Part shown: piece after piece, positions 51,886 to 61,482 of the stretch
Layout: each line of letters begins with the position of its first letter
Position numbering within the stretch: position 1 is the stretch's first letter
DNA from: an uncultured Sphingomonas sp.
GTDB lineage: Bacteria; Pseudomonadota; Alphaproteobacteria; Sphingomonadales; Sphingomonadaceae
Length of the DNA stretch: 64,000 nt
Assembly (NCBI GenBank): GCA_966424035.1
Contig: CBJLMA010000009.1
Coordinates: 2,275-66,274 of the forward strand
Reading direction: 5' to 3'
Notes under the pieces: model-generated
The model's database searches: none
Seen by the model: only the letters and a program-made list of their open reading frames with translations
Told to the model about the DNA's origin: nothing
Translations under genes and position numbers: made by a program

Positions 51886-53723
51886 CCTACGGAGAGATCT
51901 CGCTGCTGGTTGACCAGCCGCCACTCGTCCAGGTCAGACAGCATGATCCGCGCCGCCTGCTCGGCAAGATCCGCTGCCCGCGAAAGGCTTACGTCCTTGC
52001 GCAGCTCCTGATCGATCTGCCGGAGGGTGTCGGCAGTAGCCATTGAGCGAACCGCATCACCGCCGAAGTCGCCCTGGAAGCGAATTCCAAACACTGCAGT
52101 GCCGAGCGCTGGAAAGCCCGCTGACACCAGCGTGAACCAGTTGCCATATCGGTCAACGAAATGGGAACCGAAGGCGAGGCCGATCAGCGTCAGGACGGAG
52201 ACCACCAGCGTCGCCGCGAACAGGACGAAGCCCGTCTGCTCGAGCCGGTGGTCGAGCAATTCGATCTGCTTCGCGTTGCGTTCGTGATAGCCGACCTGCG
52301 GTTCGACCTCATGGTCGGCGATCGCCCTGGCGAGGCGCGCGGCGGAGGCCCGGTCGATTATTCCCGATGGGCAGCCCATCGCCCGCCAGATCCCGCTCGC
52401 ATACCAGTCGATCCAGCGTCTCGGGATCGGATTGGTTTCGGTGCCTGGAGGATCCGGCGCTGCGATTCCTAGCAGCTTCAGGCTACGCATCGGCCGCAGG
52501 CGTTCGGCGAGTTGGCGATAGTCGAGCCATCGCCGATGCCACTCCTGCCGCTTGCCGATAATCGCATTCAGAATGATTGCGAGCGTGATCAGAAGCTCGA
52601 AAGCCGCTTCCTCGAACTTGAGATTGGGGGCCATGAAGGCGGCAAGGCCCAAACAAACCGCAAAGCCGCCGAGCACGAAATTGAAGATGTGGCCGCTGCG
52701 ATAGGTCTGGGCAAAATGCGTTGCGAGCCGGTCGGCCCAGCTATAGCTGTCCTCCACGAGATCGATTTGCGCAGAAATATTGTGCGCTTCCACGCAGCCG
52801 GCGCGATAGCGCCGCCATTCGTCGCGAATCTGTGCTTCGGCATGCCTGCTGGTGAGATCGCGGGCGCGAAACGGCCGAACTCCGGCGGCCGTCAGGAGCA
52901 ACGGATATTCGATGCGCGCGCGGAACCATCGCAGCCGCTCGCGCAGGAATCTCTTCAAGAAATCCTGTTCCTGCGCGTCGGGCGGGGGCATCAGCAGACC
53001 GGTGAGCAGCGCGTCGACATCGGCGCGCTCGAGAGAGCGGGCCACTCCCGGATCGTCAGCGACCGTCACGACGGTCGGATCGAACGCGCTCCACAAGATG
53101 CGCGTGTCTCCGCCTGGCGCGAGCGGCACATGGACAATTGCAGTGCCGCGCGTCAAAGCCAGCTGGACGACTTCGCCTGTGCCGCCACGGCCGCGAGGCG
53201 GGAGTCCGTCCCAGATGGCGATCAGCACATCGCAATGCGCGACCGTGGCGCGGCCGGTCATCACATAAGCTTCAAGGCCATGGCCTGGATCGCCGGGCAG
53301 TTCGAGCAGACAGGTTGCACGGCCCAGAAGGGCATCGAACCGTTCGCGAGCTCCGTCATTTGCGAGGCTAGCGCGATAGGCCGAGCGCTCGAACGGGAGT
53401 ATCGCCTGCAGGTCCCAGCCGAGCTCGAGTGCCACTTCAGCGGCGATCTGGTCAGCGCCGTCGGCGATCGGTGAGACGAAGCGGAGCTTCGGCGGGTCAG
53501 TCGAGAAGCAGTCCCGTTCCTTTTCAATCAGGTCGTGCCCAGCCAGCTCGATCTGCCGCAAGACATCGCGCACCCGCTCGCGCAGCACCGGCACGCTGCC
53601 CTCGGGCAGAACCTCGGCCCGGTGACCGGTAACGCCAACGGCGAGGACAAAGGGCACCGGCGGTGGGCCGGCGTTCCGGCGCACCGCCTCAGTCGCGTCA
53701 ACAGTCGAGATGGGGGCGTTCAT
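51882..53723 (-). CDS. SLOG-like nucleotide-binding domain fused to tandem SLATT-like (DUF4231-type) 4-TM effector
   Basis: GVTGHR, SPIADGADQ, CDVLIAIWDG, GGTGEVV; TM pair followed by WLDYRQLAERLR; second TM pair. Confidence 0.8.
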   Translation of the reverse strand: MNAPISTVDATEAVRRNAGPPPVPFVLAVGVTGHRAEVLPEGSVPVLRERVRDVLRQIELAGHDLIEKERDCFSTDPPKLRFVSPIADGADQIAAEVALELGWDLQAILPFERSAYRASLANDGARERFDALLGRATCLLELPGDPGHGLEAYVMTGRATVAHCDVLIAIWDGLPPRGRGGTGEVVQLALTRGTAIVHVPLAPGGDTRILWSAFDPTVVTVADDPGVARSLERADVDALLTGLLMPPPDAQEQDFLKRFLRERLRWFRARIEYPLLLTAAGVRPFRARDLTSRHAEAQIRDEWRRYRAGCVEAHNISAQIDLVEDSYSWADRLATHFAQTYRSGHIFNFVLGGFAVCLGLAAFMAPNLKFEEAAFELLITLAIILNAIIGKRQEWHRRWLDYRQLAERLRPMRSLKLLGIAAPDPPGTETNPIPRRWIDWYASGIWRAMGCPSGIIDRASAARLARAIADHEVEPQVGYHERNAKQIELLDHRLEQTGFVLFAATLVVSVLTLIGLAFGSHFVDRYGNWFTLVSAGFPALGTAVFGIRFQGDFGGDAVRSMATADTLRQIDQELRKDVSLSRAADLAEQAARIMLSDLDEWRLVNQQRDLSVG

Positions 53724-53735
53724 GGCCCCCAGCTC

Positions 53736-54173
53736 TCAAACCCGCCGGACTCCTGATCCGCCGTTATTGATAATCGGGTCATAGGTGATTGGAAGATAGT
53801 TGGAGTTGTTGCACGAGAAGTTCCATTGATAACTGATCGGCATCGCGCCGCCACTATTGCTGTCGGTAAACGCGGCAGACGTGCCGTTGATACTCACGGC
53901 ATGGATTTGCTGCGAATTCATGCCCGACGGCGGCGGACAGGTTGTGCAATTGTCGGCGGCATCGAGGCTCAAGAAAGTTACGCCCAACTCAGTGTGATCA
54001 ACGAGCGAGAAATTGAAACGATGGGAGCCACTGCCGTGCGGTAGATTGGCGCCTCCGTCGCCTGAAACCGCTACCTGGTCGTTCGAAAGCGTTGCAGTGA
54101 GGGTGATAGCGAGGTCAGTGGCTCCGACGTCCATTTTCTCTTTCATTTGAAGGTCGAGATGTTCGTCTGTCAT
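53736..54173 (-). CDS. Small beta-rich hypothetical protein with C-terminal DPIINNGG motif
   Basis: RBS AAAGGGG, 145 aa, co-oriented between the TIR and SLOG-SLATT genes with 39 and 12 bp gaps. Confidence 0.8.
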   Translation of the reverse strand: MTDEHLDLQMKEKMDVGATDLAITLTATLSNDQVAVSGDGGANLPHGSGSHRFNFSLVDHTELGVTFLSLDAADNCTTCPPPSGMNSQQIHAVSINGTSAAFTDSNSGGAMPISYQWNFSCNNSNYLPITYDPIINNGGSGVRRV

Positions 54174-54212
54174 GATCGTCCCCTTTGGTTCTAAACTCGA
54201 CGCATACTGATC

Positions 54213-56360
54213 TCATTGAAGCGCATTTCGGTATCCCGTGGTGGCGAGTTTCGAAGCGAGCGGCTGCGCTTCCGCTACGCGGCCGAGCCGCTGCAGGATG
54301 GCCGCGTGCTCGGCAATTTCATCTGGCTGTTCGAACGTGGCAGGAGGGATCGAAGCCAGTCCGCTGGTCCACGCGGCACGTGCAGCATCCACGTGTCCGC
54401 GAGCGCGCTCAATATCACCAAGTTCGCGGTAGGCTCGGGCAAGCAGAAACGAATCTTGCACCCTGTCCGTAGAATGCACCGTCGCCGCGGCGGCGACGGC
54501 TTGCTGTGCCAGGGTGAATGCCTGGTCCTTAGCTCCCTGGATGACTGCCAATTGCGATCGCAGCGCGAGGCATTCGAACAAGCCCTTGCGCCATTCTGGC
54601 TTGGGCGAGCGACGTTGAACCAATGATTGAACGGTCCGGCAGGCGTCGGACGTCAGCACTCCGGCCTCATTCGGCTGCCCGGTGGCAAGCAGGGACTTGG
54701 CCAGGAGATTTCGGGCGCGGTACCCATATTCGAGCCACACTGCGTTCCCTGACTCGACGCCGGTAAGCGTGTCCGCGATCGCGATCGCTGATCGATATTG
54801 CTGCCCAGCAAGCGCGTACTGCCCCCGCTGCGCATAAAGGTAACCCAGAGATCGAAGCGCAGCGTCCAAGCGCTCCTGAAATTTTACATCACGCGATTGA
54901 CTGAACAGCTGGTTGTAGAGCGCGACGTTCTTCTTTCGCAACTCGATTGCGCGATCGTAATTGCCGATGGCGCGTTCGGCATCGGCGAGCCAAGCAAGAG
55001 ATTCGGCAACGCTCTGGCGGTATGCCTTGTTTGAAGGATCCGCAGTCGAGATGGCTTCCATCGTGCTCAAGGCGTCGCTGAACTGGGCGACCGCCTCGGC
55101 AAATCGGCGTTGATCGGAAAGGACGACGCCAAGATCAGTGTCCGCGTACTGCTCCTCCATCCGGTACTTCATATTGTCTGGCTGGAGGGAGACCATTTGA
55201 CGCGCGAGGCGCTGATACTCGCGCATGGACGCTTCGGCTGTCCGAAGGTCGCCGCTGTTTTGCGCGAATTGGCCGACGTAGAATACGTTCTGCGCGTGAT
55301 CGAAGATCGTCTGTGCGTTGGACGGATTACGCCGCATGGCTTCTGCGGTTCCGGTCATTGCCTGCCGGTAGAGTTTCAGCGCGGTTTGATTGTCGCCGCG
55401 TGCATCCGCCACTTGTGCCATCAGGCCCAGGGCTTTCGATCGCTGCGTTAGGGCCGCATCCGATAGCTCTGACGTGTCCTGCTTGCTATAATAAGCGAGC
55501 ACTCGCGAACCGACGCCATCCAGCGCATCGAGCCGGCCAATCGGCTCGAGCTTGGTCCTCAGATCGCCCACCATATAAGCGACGAGCCCTTCCGCCTCGC
55601 GGCGTTGTTCGCGTGCCTCGTTGCGCGCTTCGAACGCCGCAACTGCAAGCATGCTCGTCACAGCCATGCCCGCGAGCGACGCTGCCGCGAGCCAGCCGAG
55701 CTGGCGGTGCCTCCGCGTCTGCTCCCGCCGGACGAGCTCGTCGAGCCCGACCCCGAGCATCCCCGCCACGAGCTTGAGAAAAGCGAGGCGCTTGCCATCG
55801 CCGCCTTCCCGGAAATCGGCGGCCAGCGGCTCCGCTCGCTTGTTTGTCTGGTGGCCCCGCCGATCATATTTGAAGCGCAGCGCAGGTGGGAAGGATTCCT
55901 CGTCCTCGCGGCCGGGCATGTCAGTGGCAAACGGCTCGCCTCGAGCAACTGCAGCGAGCACGCAGCCGTCGGGACGCGATTGCTTGAACCATTCGACCTC
56001 GGCGTTGGTCCAACGCGACGCGGCAGCCGTTGGCGAGCATAGCACGATGAGGAACTGAGAGGCGGCGAGCGTCGACTTGATCTCGCCGCCAAGGTCGCCG
56101 GTCGCGGCCAAATCGTGCTGATCGCGAAAGATGGGAGTAAGGCGTCGAGGTACCACGCCGTTTTCGGTCAATTTGCCGGCGAGCGCGCGCGGTACGCGGA
56201 ACCGCTCGAGCTCACGGTGCAGCCAGTCGGCCAGCTCCTTGTCCTTGTGGCTGTAGCTCAGGAATGCATAGTAGCGGGTGCGCTGGCGCTGGACGCGCTG
56301 CGCGTCCGCATCCGCCTCGGCAGCGCGGTCAATGACCGGCATTTGGGCAAGCTTGGCCAT
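54213..56360 (-). CDS. TIR domain-hydrophobic anchor-TPR repeat protein
   Basis: [28 protein letters not shown] (TIR_2-like); hydrophobic aa 221-243; about 450 aa of helical TPR-like repeats. Confidence 0.9.
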   Translation of the reverse strand: MAKLAQMPVIDRAAEADADAQRVQRQRTRYYAFLSYSHKDKELADWLHRELERFRVPRALAGKLTENGVVPRRLTPIFRDQHDLAATGDLGGEIKSTLAASQFLIVLCSPTAAASRWTNAEVEWFKQSRPDGCVLAAVARGEPFATDMPGREDEESFPPALRFKYDRRGHQTNKRAEPLAADFREGGDGKRLAFLKLVAGMLGVGLDELVRREQTRRHRQLGWLAAASLAGMAVTSMLAVAAFEARNEAREQRREAEGLVAYMVGDLRTKLEPIGRLDALDGVGSRVLAYYSKQDTSELSDAALTQRSKALGLMAQVADARGDNQTALKLYRQAMTGTAEAMRRNPSNAQTIFDHAQNVFYVGQFAQNSGDLRTAEASMREYQRLARQMVSLQPDNMKYRMEEQYADTDLGVVLSDQRRFAEAVAQFSDALSTMEAISTADPSNKAYRQSVAESLAWLADAERAIGNYDRAIELRKKNVALYNQLFSQSRDVKFQERLDAALRSLGYLYAQRGQYALAGQQYRSAIAIADTLTGVESGNAVWLEYGYRARNLLAKSLLATGQPNEAGVLTSDACRTVQSLVQRRSPKPEWRKGLFECLALRSQLAVIQGAKDQAFTLAQQAVAAAATVHSTDRVQDSFLLARAYRELGDIERARGHVDAARAAWTSGLASIPPATFEQPDEIAEHAAILQRLGRVAEAQPLASKLATTGYRNALQ

Positions 56361-56469
56361 AGGCCCCCCAAGCGAGTCCCCGTTAACCCTGTTAACACAA
56401 GGACATAGTTGGTGCGAATCTAACGGTCCCGAGGTTTGCCCGCGCTCGCCGAGCCCCTATATGCAGCGC

Positions 56470-57600
56470 ATGTCCATCCGTCCCTGGCGCGATATCGAGC
56501 GGCGCAAGTCGCGGCAGATCATGGTCGGCTCCGTCCCCGTCGGCGGAGATGCGCCCATCAGCGTCCAGACCATGACCAACACGCCGACCGAAGATGCCCG
56601 GGCAACCATCGACCAGATCCGCCGCTGCGAGGAAGCCGGTGCGGACATCATTCGCGTATCCTGCCCAACGGCCGACGCAACTGCGGCGCTTAAGGAAATC
56701 GTTCGCGCGGCGAGTGTCCCGATCGTCGCCGACATCCACTTCCACTACAAGCGCGCGCTCGAGGCCGCCGACGCCGGCGCCGCTTGCCTACGGATCAATC
56801 CTGGCAACATCGGCTCGGAGGAGCGGGTCAAGGAAGTGATCGCCGCTGCACGCGCCAATGGCTGCGCGATTCGAATCGGGGTCAATGCAGGCAGTCTCGA
56901 GAGAGATCTGCTCGAAAAATATGGCGAGCCCTGCCCAGAGGCTTTGGTCGAAAGCGCGCTCGATCATATTCGGATCCTCGAGGAGCACGACTTCCGCGAG
57001 TATAAGGTTGCAGTCAAAGCAAGCGATGTGTTCCTCGCCGTCGCGGCCTACCAACAGCTCGCGAGCGAGGTCGACTGCCCGCTCCACCTGGGAATTACCG
57101 AAGCCGGCGGGCTGATCGGCGGAACGGTCAAGTCGGCGATCGGCATTGGCAACCTGCTTTGGGCCGGAATCGGCGATACGATCCGTGTCTCGCTTTCCGC
57201 CGAGCCCGAGGAAGAGGTTCGGGTCGGCTATGAAATATTGAAAGCGCTCGGAATCCGCAGCCGCGGCGTTCGCGTCGTCTCCTGCCCCAGCTGCGCGCGC
57301 CAGGGCTTCGACGTGATCCGCACGGTCGAGGCGCTCGAGGCAAGGCTCCAGCATATCAAGACGCCGATGAGCCTCAGCGTACTCGGCTGCGTCGTGAACG
57401 GCCCCGGCGAAGCGCGCGAGACCGACATCGGCATCACGGGCGGCGGCAATGGCAAGCATATGGTCTATTTGTCGGGAGTGACCGACCACCATGTCCAGGA
57501 TGGCGATATGATCGACCATATCGTGAGGCTGGTCGAGGCGAAGGCGGCGGAGATCGAAGCCGCCGCCGCGAGCGAGCCGACGCTCGACGCGGCAGAGTAG
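56470..57600 (+). CDS. ispG: 4-hydroxy-3-methylbut-2-en-1-yl diphosphate synthase
   Basis: [38 protein letters not shown]. Confidence 0.97.
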   Translation: MSIRPWRDIERRKSRQIMVGSVPVGGDAPISVQTMTNTPTEDARATIDQIRRCEEAGADIIRVSCPTADATAALKEIVRAASVPIVADIHFHYKRALEAADAGAACLRINPGNIGSEERVKEVIAAARANGCAIRIGVNAGSLERDLLEKYGEPCPEALVESALDHIRILEEHDFREYKVAVKASDVFLAVAAYQQLASEVDCPLHLGITEAGGLIGGTVKSAIGIGNLLWAGIGDTIRVSLSAEPEEEVRVGYEILKALGIRSRGVRVVSCPSCARQGFDVIRTVEALEARLQHIKTPMSLSVLGCVVNGPGEARETDIGITGGGNGKHMVYLSGVTDHHVQDGDMIDHIVRLVEAKAAEIEAAAASEPTLDAAE

Positions 57601-57640
57601 CAGTACCGTCCGTTAACCAGTCTCGGCGCATGATAGCGCC

Positions 57641-57769
57641 GTGGTCAAACTTATCCTCATTCTGATCATGAGCGGTGCTCTCGCCGACGCGCTTGCGCCT
57701 GCACCGCCGCCGCTGCTGATCGACTCGGCGCCTGCGGCTCCGGCAGCCACCCTCGACGTCGGCAACTGA
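57641..57769 (+). CDS. Putative 42-aa small exported protein (not in the ORF track)
   Basis: GTG start; MVKLILILIMSGALADALAPAPPPLLIDSAPAAPAATLDVGN*; signal-peptide-like; fills the ispG-DMT gap. Confidence 0.5.
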   Translation: MVKLILILIMSGALADALAPAPPPLLIDSAPAAPAATLDVGN

Positions 57770-57788
57770 GCGCAGCTAATCGACGCGG

Positions 57789-58691
57789 GTGAACCGCGTC
57801 GCGCAGCATCCGGTCCAGGGCTTCCTCGCAGCACTCGGCGCAGTCGCAGTGCTTTCGATCATGGACGCCGTGATGAAGCATCTCGTGCTTGTCATCGGGA
57901 TCGTCGCGGTGAGCGTCTGGCGCTCGGCTGCCAACCTCGCCCTCAGCGCTTTGCTCTACCTTCCGAGGCGCAGTTCCTGGCCCGGTCGAAACACCCTCAA
58001 AGTCCACCTCGCCCGAGGAATCATCGTGACCGTGATGGCCGCGCTATTCTTCTGGGGGATCGGCCGGGTACCGCTTGCGCAGGCGATCGCGCTGACCTTC
58101 ATCGCGCCGTTGATCGCAATGCTGCTCGCGGCATTGTTTCTCGACGAGCGCATCGGCCGGAGCTCGGTTGCAGGCGCGCTCGGCGCGTTCGCCGGCGTCA
58201 TCATCATCGTTCTTGGGCAGGCAAGCGCGCACCCTGCCGACGATGTGCTGCTGGGCATTGCAGCGATCATCGGCTCGGCGCTGTGCTACGCAGTGAACAT
58301 CGTGCTGATGCGGCGCCAGGCGCTTGCAGCCAAGCCGTTGGAGATCAACTTCTTTCAGTCGATGACGGTGATGGCGCTGTGGCTGCTCGTCATTCCCGTT
58401 TCCGGAATACCCGCCTGGCCCGGCGGGCAATGGGTGTGGATCGTGATCGCCTGCTTGCTCTCGACGACCGGCACCTTGCTGTTTGCCTGGGGCTATGCCC
58501 GTGGGCCGGCGAGCTATCTCGCGGTAACTGAATACAGCGGCTTTCTATGGGCCTCGGCAATGGGCTGGCTCGTGTTTCGCGAGCGGGTGTCGGCCTACAC
58601 ACTCACCGGAGCGCTGCTGATTATCGGCGGCTGCCTGATCGCTTCGCGGTTCAGGATTTCCGAGCCGCCCGAGATCGACATTGTCGCCTGA
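57789..58691 (+). CDS. DMT/EamA family transporter
   Basis: About 10 TM; LTFIAPL...FLDERI, FRERV. Confidence 0.88.
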   Translation: MNRVAQHPVQGFLAALGAVAVLSIMDAVMKHLVLVIGIVAVSVWRSAANLALSALLYLPRRSSWPGRNTLKVHLARGIIVTVMAALFFWGIGRVPLAQAIALTFIAPLIAMLLAALFLDERIGRSSVAGALGAFAGVIIIVLGQASAHPADDVLLGIAAIIGSALCYAVNIVLMRRQALAAKPLEINFFQSMTVMALWLLVIPVSGIPAWPGGQWVWIVIACLLSTTGTLLFAWGYARGPASYLAVTEYSGFLWASAMGWLVFRERVSAYTLTGALLIIGGCLIASRFRISEPPEIDIVA

Positions 58692-58700
58692 CCCGTGAGA

Positions 58701-59345
58701 TCAACCGCCCGACGCCAGCAGATTGATGGTGAAGGCGAGCACGCCGATGTTGAATGCGAAGGCGGCGAGGCAATGGATCGCGACGATGCGCCGGATTCGA
58801 GTGGTCGTAACGACTACGTCCGAGGTCGCGAACGCCATCCCGCAGGTGAACGAGAAATAGATGAAGTCCCAATAGACCGGGTGCGTCGTGCGCGGAAATT
58901 CTAGCCCGATGCAGCCGGTATCCGGATGCATGTAGGCAAGGTGTGCATAATGGAAGGCATAGACGACGTTGCTGAACAGCCAAGCGAGAGCCAGGGTTAG
59001 AATGATCAGCACCTTCGTCATCGGCTGCGGACTATGGCCGACTGCCTCCGCGCTGATCGCGATCAGCAGCACCGTCGTAACAATTCCGGTGAGCACCAGG
59101 AGGAGAACGCGGTTGGCGTCATTCTGCTCGGCGTGCTCGCGGATGACCGCCGCCTCGCGCGTGCCGAGGAGCGAAATGCACGAGGCTAGAAAGACGATTG
59201 CCGCAACGTCGAACCCGGCCATCGCGCCAAGCGTCCAGCGGTGCAGCGCGAAATGCGCGAGCGGCACGGTCACGATCAGAATGGCCATGAACGCGAGGAA
59301 GCGCGGCGGCGCGATGAGGTTGCCGATGGTGCGCGGCTTCGCCAT
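58701..59345 (-). CDS. DUF1345 family membrane protein
   Basis: YAFHYAHLAY, FP...PVYWDFIYFSFTCGMAFATSDV. Confidence 0.9.
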   Translation of the reverse strand: MAKPRTIGNLIAPPRFLAFMAILIVTVPLAHFALHRWTLGAMAGFDVAAIVFLASCISLLGTREAAVIREHAEQNDANRVLLLVLTGIVTTVLLIAISAEAVGHSPQPMTKVLIILTLALAWLFSNVVYAFHYAHLAYMHPDTGCIGLEFPRTTHPVYWDFIYFSFTCGMAFATSDVVVTTTRIRRIVAIHCLAAFAFNIGVLAFTINLLASGG

Positions 59346-59393
59346 GGGACGTACCTAGTCGAAGGACGCGCTGCGTCCAGTCAAAGGAACGTC

Positions 59394-59708
59394 ATGCCCT
59401 GGCTCTGGCTGATCACCGGCGGTCTGTTCGAGGTTGGCTTTACCACTTCGCTGCGCTTCGTCGAAGGCTTCAGGAACGTGCCCTGGACGCTTGCCTTCCT
59501 TGCCTCGGTGGCCGTCAGCATGGGGCTTCTGGAGATTGCGTCTCGCTCGATCCCGATGGGCACCGCATATGCCGTGTGGGGCGGAATTGGCGCTGTCGGG
59601 ACGGTGATCGTCGGAATTCTCTGGTTCAATGAGCCGGCGAGCACGATCCGCGTGCTGCTGATCCTGGCCATCGTCCTCGCCATTGCGGCGCTGCGTCTGA
59701 CTGCGTGA
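59394..59708 (+). CDS. SMR family small multidrug transporter (SugE/Gdx-like)
   Basis: WLWLITGGLFEVG, IPMGTAYAVWGGIG; 4 TM, 104 aa. Confidence 0.9.
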   Translation: MPWLWLITGGLFEVGFTTSLRFVEGFRNVPWTLAFLASVAVSMGLLEIASRSIPMGTAYAVWGGIGAVGTVIVGILWFNEPASTIRVLLILAIVLAIAALRLTA

Positions 59709-59747
59709 GGAGGCGCAAGGCCGGTCAATCGCAATAATGGACTGCGG

Positions 59748-59824
59748 TGGCCCGCTCCGAGGGGCTCGAACCCCCAACCTCCGGGTTCGAAGCCCGGCGC
59801 TCTATCCGGTTGAGCTAGGAGCGG
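59748..59824 (-). tRNA. tRNA-Arg (anticodon TCG)
   Basis: 77-nt cloverleaf: acceptor CCGCTCC/GGAGCGG, anticodon arm CCGGG-CTTCGAA-CCCGG, T-loop TTCGAGC, discriminator G, encoded CCA. Confidence 0.93.
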
Positions 59825-59953
59825 TTGCCGATGCAAGTGCCTCTAATAGGCACGCGCTTCACTTTCTACTGTTGTGATGGTGCAACGATGCTCTCGCCCA
59901 GCTTCGCGCCTTTTGTGGCGGCGCGGATTGACCTGCACAGAAGAGAACAAAGA

Positions 59954-61462
59954 CTAACGCTGCGGCTGGAGCAGCGGCGCGATGTCGCGACTTTCCTCGA
60001 TGGAGCGGTAGAATCTCGGCGTCGGGAATGGCCCCCGCGCCTGCTCGTAGGCGTAGCCAAGACTTAGCAGCAGGCTTTCCGACCATTTCGGACCGATGAA
60101 GCTGAGGCCGACCGGCAACCCCTTCACGAGGCCCATCGGGACGGTGAGATGGGGATAGCCGGCGACTGCTGGGAGCGAGCCTGCCCCACCGCCCGAGATC
60201 TGATCGCCGTTTACCGCGTCGATCTTCCACGCCGGCGGCATGGTTGGACCGACCAGCGCGACGACACGATTGTCCTTGAGGAGCTTGTCGATCCCATTCG
60301 GTCCCGCCGCCTCGAAGCTCCTCCGACGCGCCTTCTTGTAGGCGGGATCGTTCAATCCCTTGGTCATTTGGGCCTTCAGGAAGGTCTCCTGCCCGAATAG
60401 CGCCATCTCCTGACTCTGGTGGGCTTGATCGAATTTGACGAGGTCGGCGAGCGTGCGGACTGGAATGGGCGCCGGGCTGCCTTTCAGATATTTCGCAATG
60501 TCCGCCTTGAGCTCGGTCAAGAGGACCCGTTGCTCGTTGCTGCCGATCGCCTTGTCGTTGAACTTCTTGATGTCGACCAGGATCGCCCCTTTTTCCCGAA
60601 GCACTGCAAGCGCAGTCTCGAACGCCGGATCGGTGCCGAAGCCAGACGCGAAGCGCATCACGCCGATGCGCTTGCCCTTCAGGCAATTGGGGTCGAGCGA
60701 GGCCGCGTAGTGGCGCTTGTGCTTGTCGGCGTCGCGCGTGGCAGGATCTTGGGGATCGCCGCCGGCGATGATGGTCAGCAGCTCGGCCGCATCGCGAACG
60801 CTCGCGGTCATTGGTCCGGCCGTGTCCTGGCTATGGCTGATCGGAACGATATGGGTCCGGCTGACCAGCCCCACCGTCGGCTTCAGGCCAACGATGCCGT
60901 TGATGGCTGCAGGGCAGGTGATCGATCCGTCGGTCTCGGTGCCAATGGCGAAGCGGACGAGCCCGGCGGCGACGGCCGCGCCGCTGCCGCTCGAGCTTCC
61001 GCAGGGATTGCGGTCGAGCGCCCATGGGTTGCGGGTCTGCCCACCAACGGCACTCCAGCCCGAGATCGAATGGCTGGATCGAATGTTGGCCCATTCGCTG
61101 AGGTTCGTCTTCCCAAGGATGATCGCTCCTGCGGCCCGCAGCCGAGCGACCAAGGGTGCATCCCGATTCGTGACATTGTCGGCCAGCGCCAGGCTGCCGG
61201 CAGTCGTCGGCAATAACCCGGCGCTTTCGATATTGTCCTTGATCAGTACCGGCTGACCGGCAAGCGGCCCATCCAGATTGCTCGCGTCGATGCGCCGTGC
61301 CTGATCGATCGCACTGGGATCGACGGCGATCACGGAATGGAGCTGCGGGTCTATGCGAGCAATCCGCTCCAGCGCGGCGTGGACGCTGGCTTCTGCCCTC
61401 GGTGCGGCAAAGGCCGGAGCCTCCAGCAATGTCAGTGCCGTTGCGACGATGAACCCGCGCAT
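59954..61462 (-). CDS. Amidase signature family protein, secreted
   Basis: IKDNI, GKTNLSEWAN, GSSSGSG, GTETDGSI; start at MRGFIVAT. Confidence 0.93.
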   Translation of the reverse strand: MRGFIVATALTLLEAPAFAAPRAEASVHAALERIARIDPQLHSVIAVDPSAIDQARRIDASNLDGPLAGQPVLIKDNIESAGLLPTTAGSLALADNVTNRDAPLVARLRAAGAIILGKTNLSEWANIRSSHSISGWSAVGGQTRNPWALDRNPCGSSSGSGAAVAAGLVRFAIGTETDGSITCPAAINGIVGLKPTVGLVSRTHIVPISHSQDTAGPMTASVRDAAELLTIIAGGDPQDPATRDADKHKRHYAASLDPNCLKGKRIGVMRFASGFGTDPAFETALAVLREKGAILVDIKKFNDKAIGSNEQRVLLTELKADIAKYLKGSPAPIPVRTLADLVKFDQAHQSQEMALFGQETFLKAQMTKGLNDPAYKKARRRSFEAAGPNGIDKLLKDNRVVALVGPTMPPAWKIDAVNGDQISGGGAGSLPAVAGYPHLTVPMGLVKGLPVGLSFIGPKWSESLLLSLGYAYEQARGPFPTPRFYRSIEESRDIAPLLQPQR

Positions 61463-61482
61463 ACGCGCCCTCCAGCCGAGGC

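Noticed and set aside
59709-59953. tRNA as integration site of a genomic island
   Set aside because: No integrase, no duplicated tRNA 3' end noticed in the window, and the flanking genes look native.
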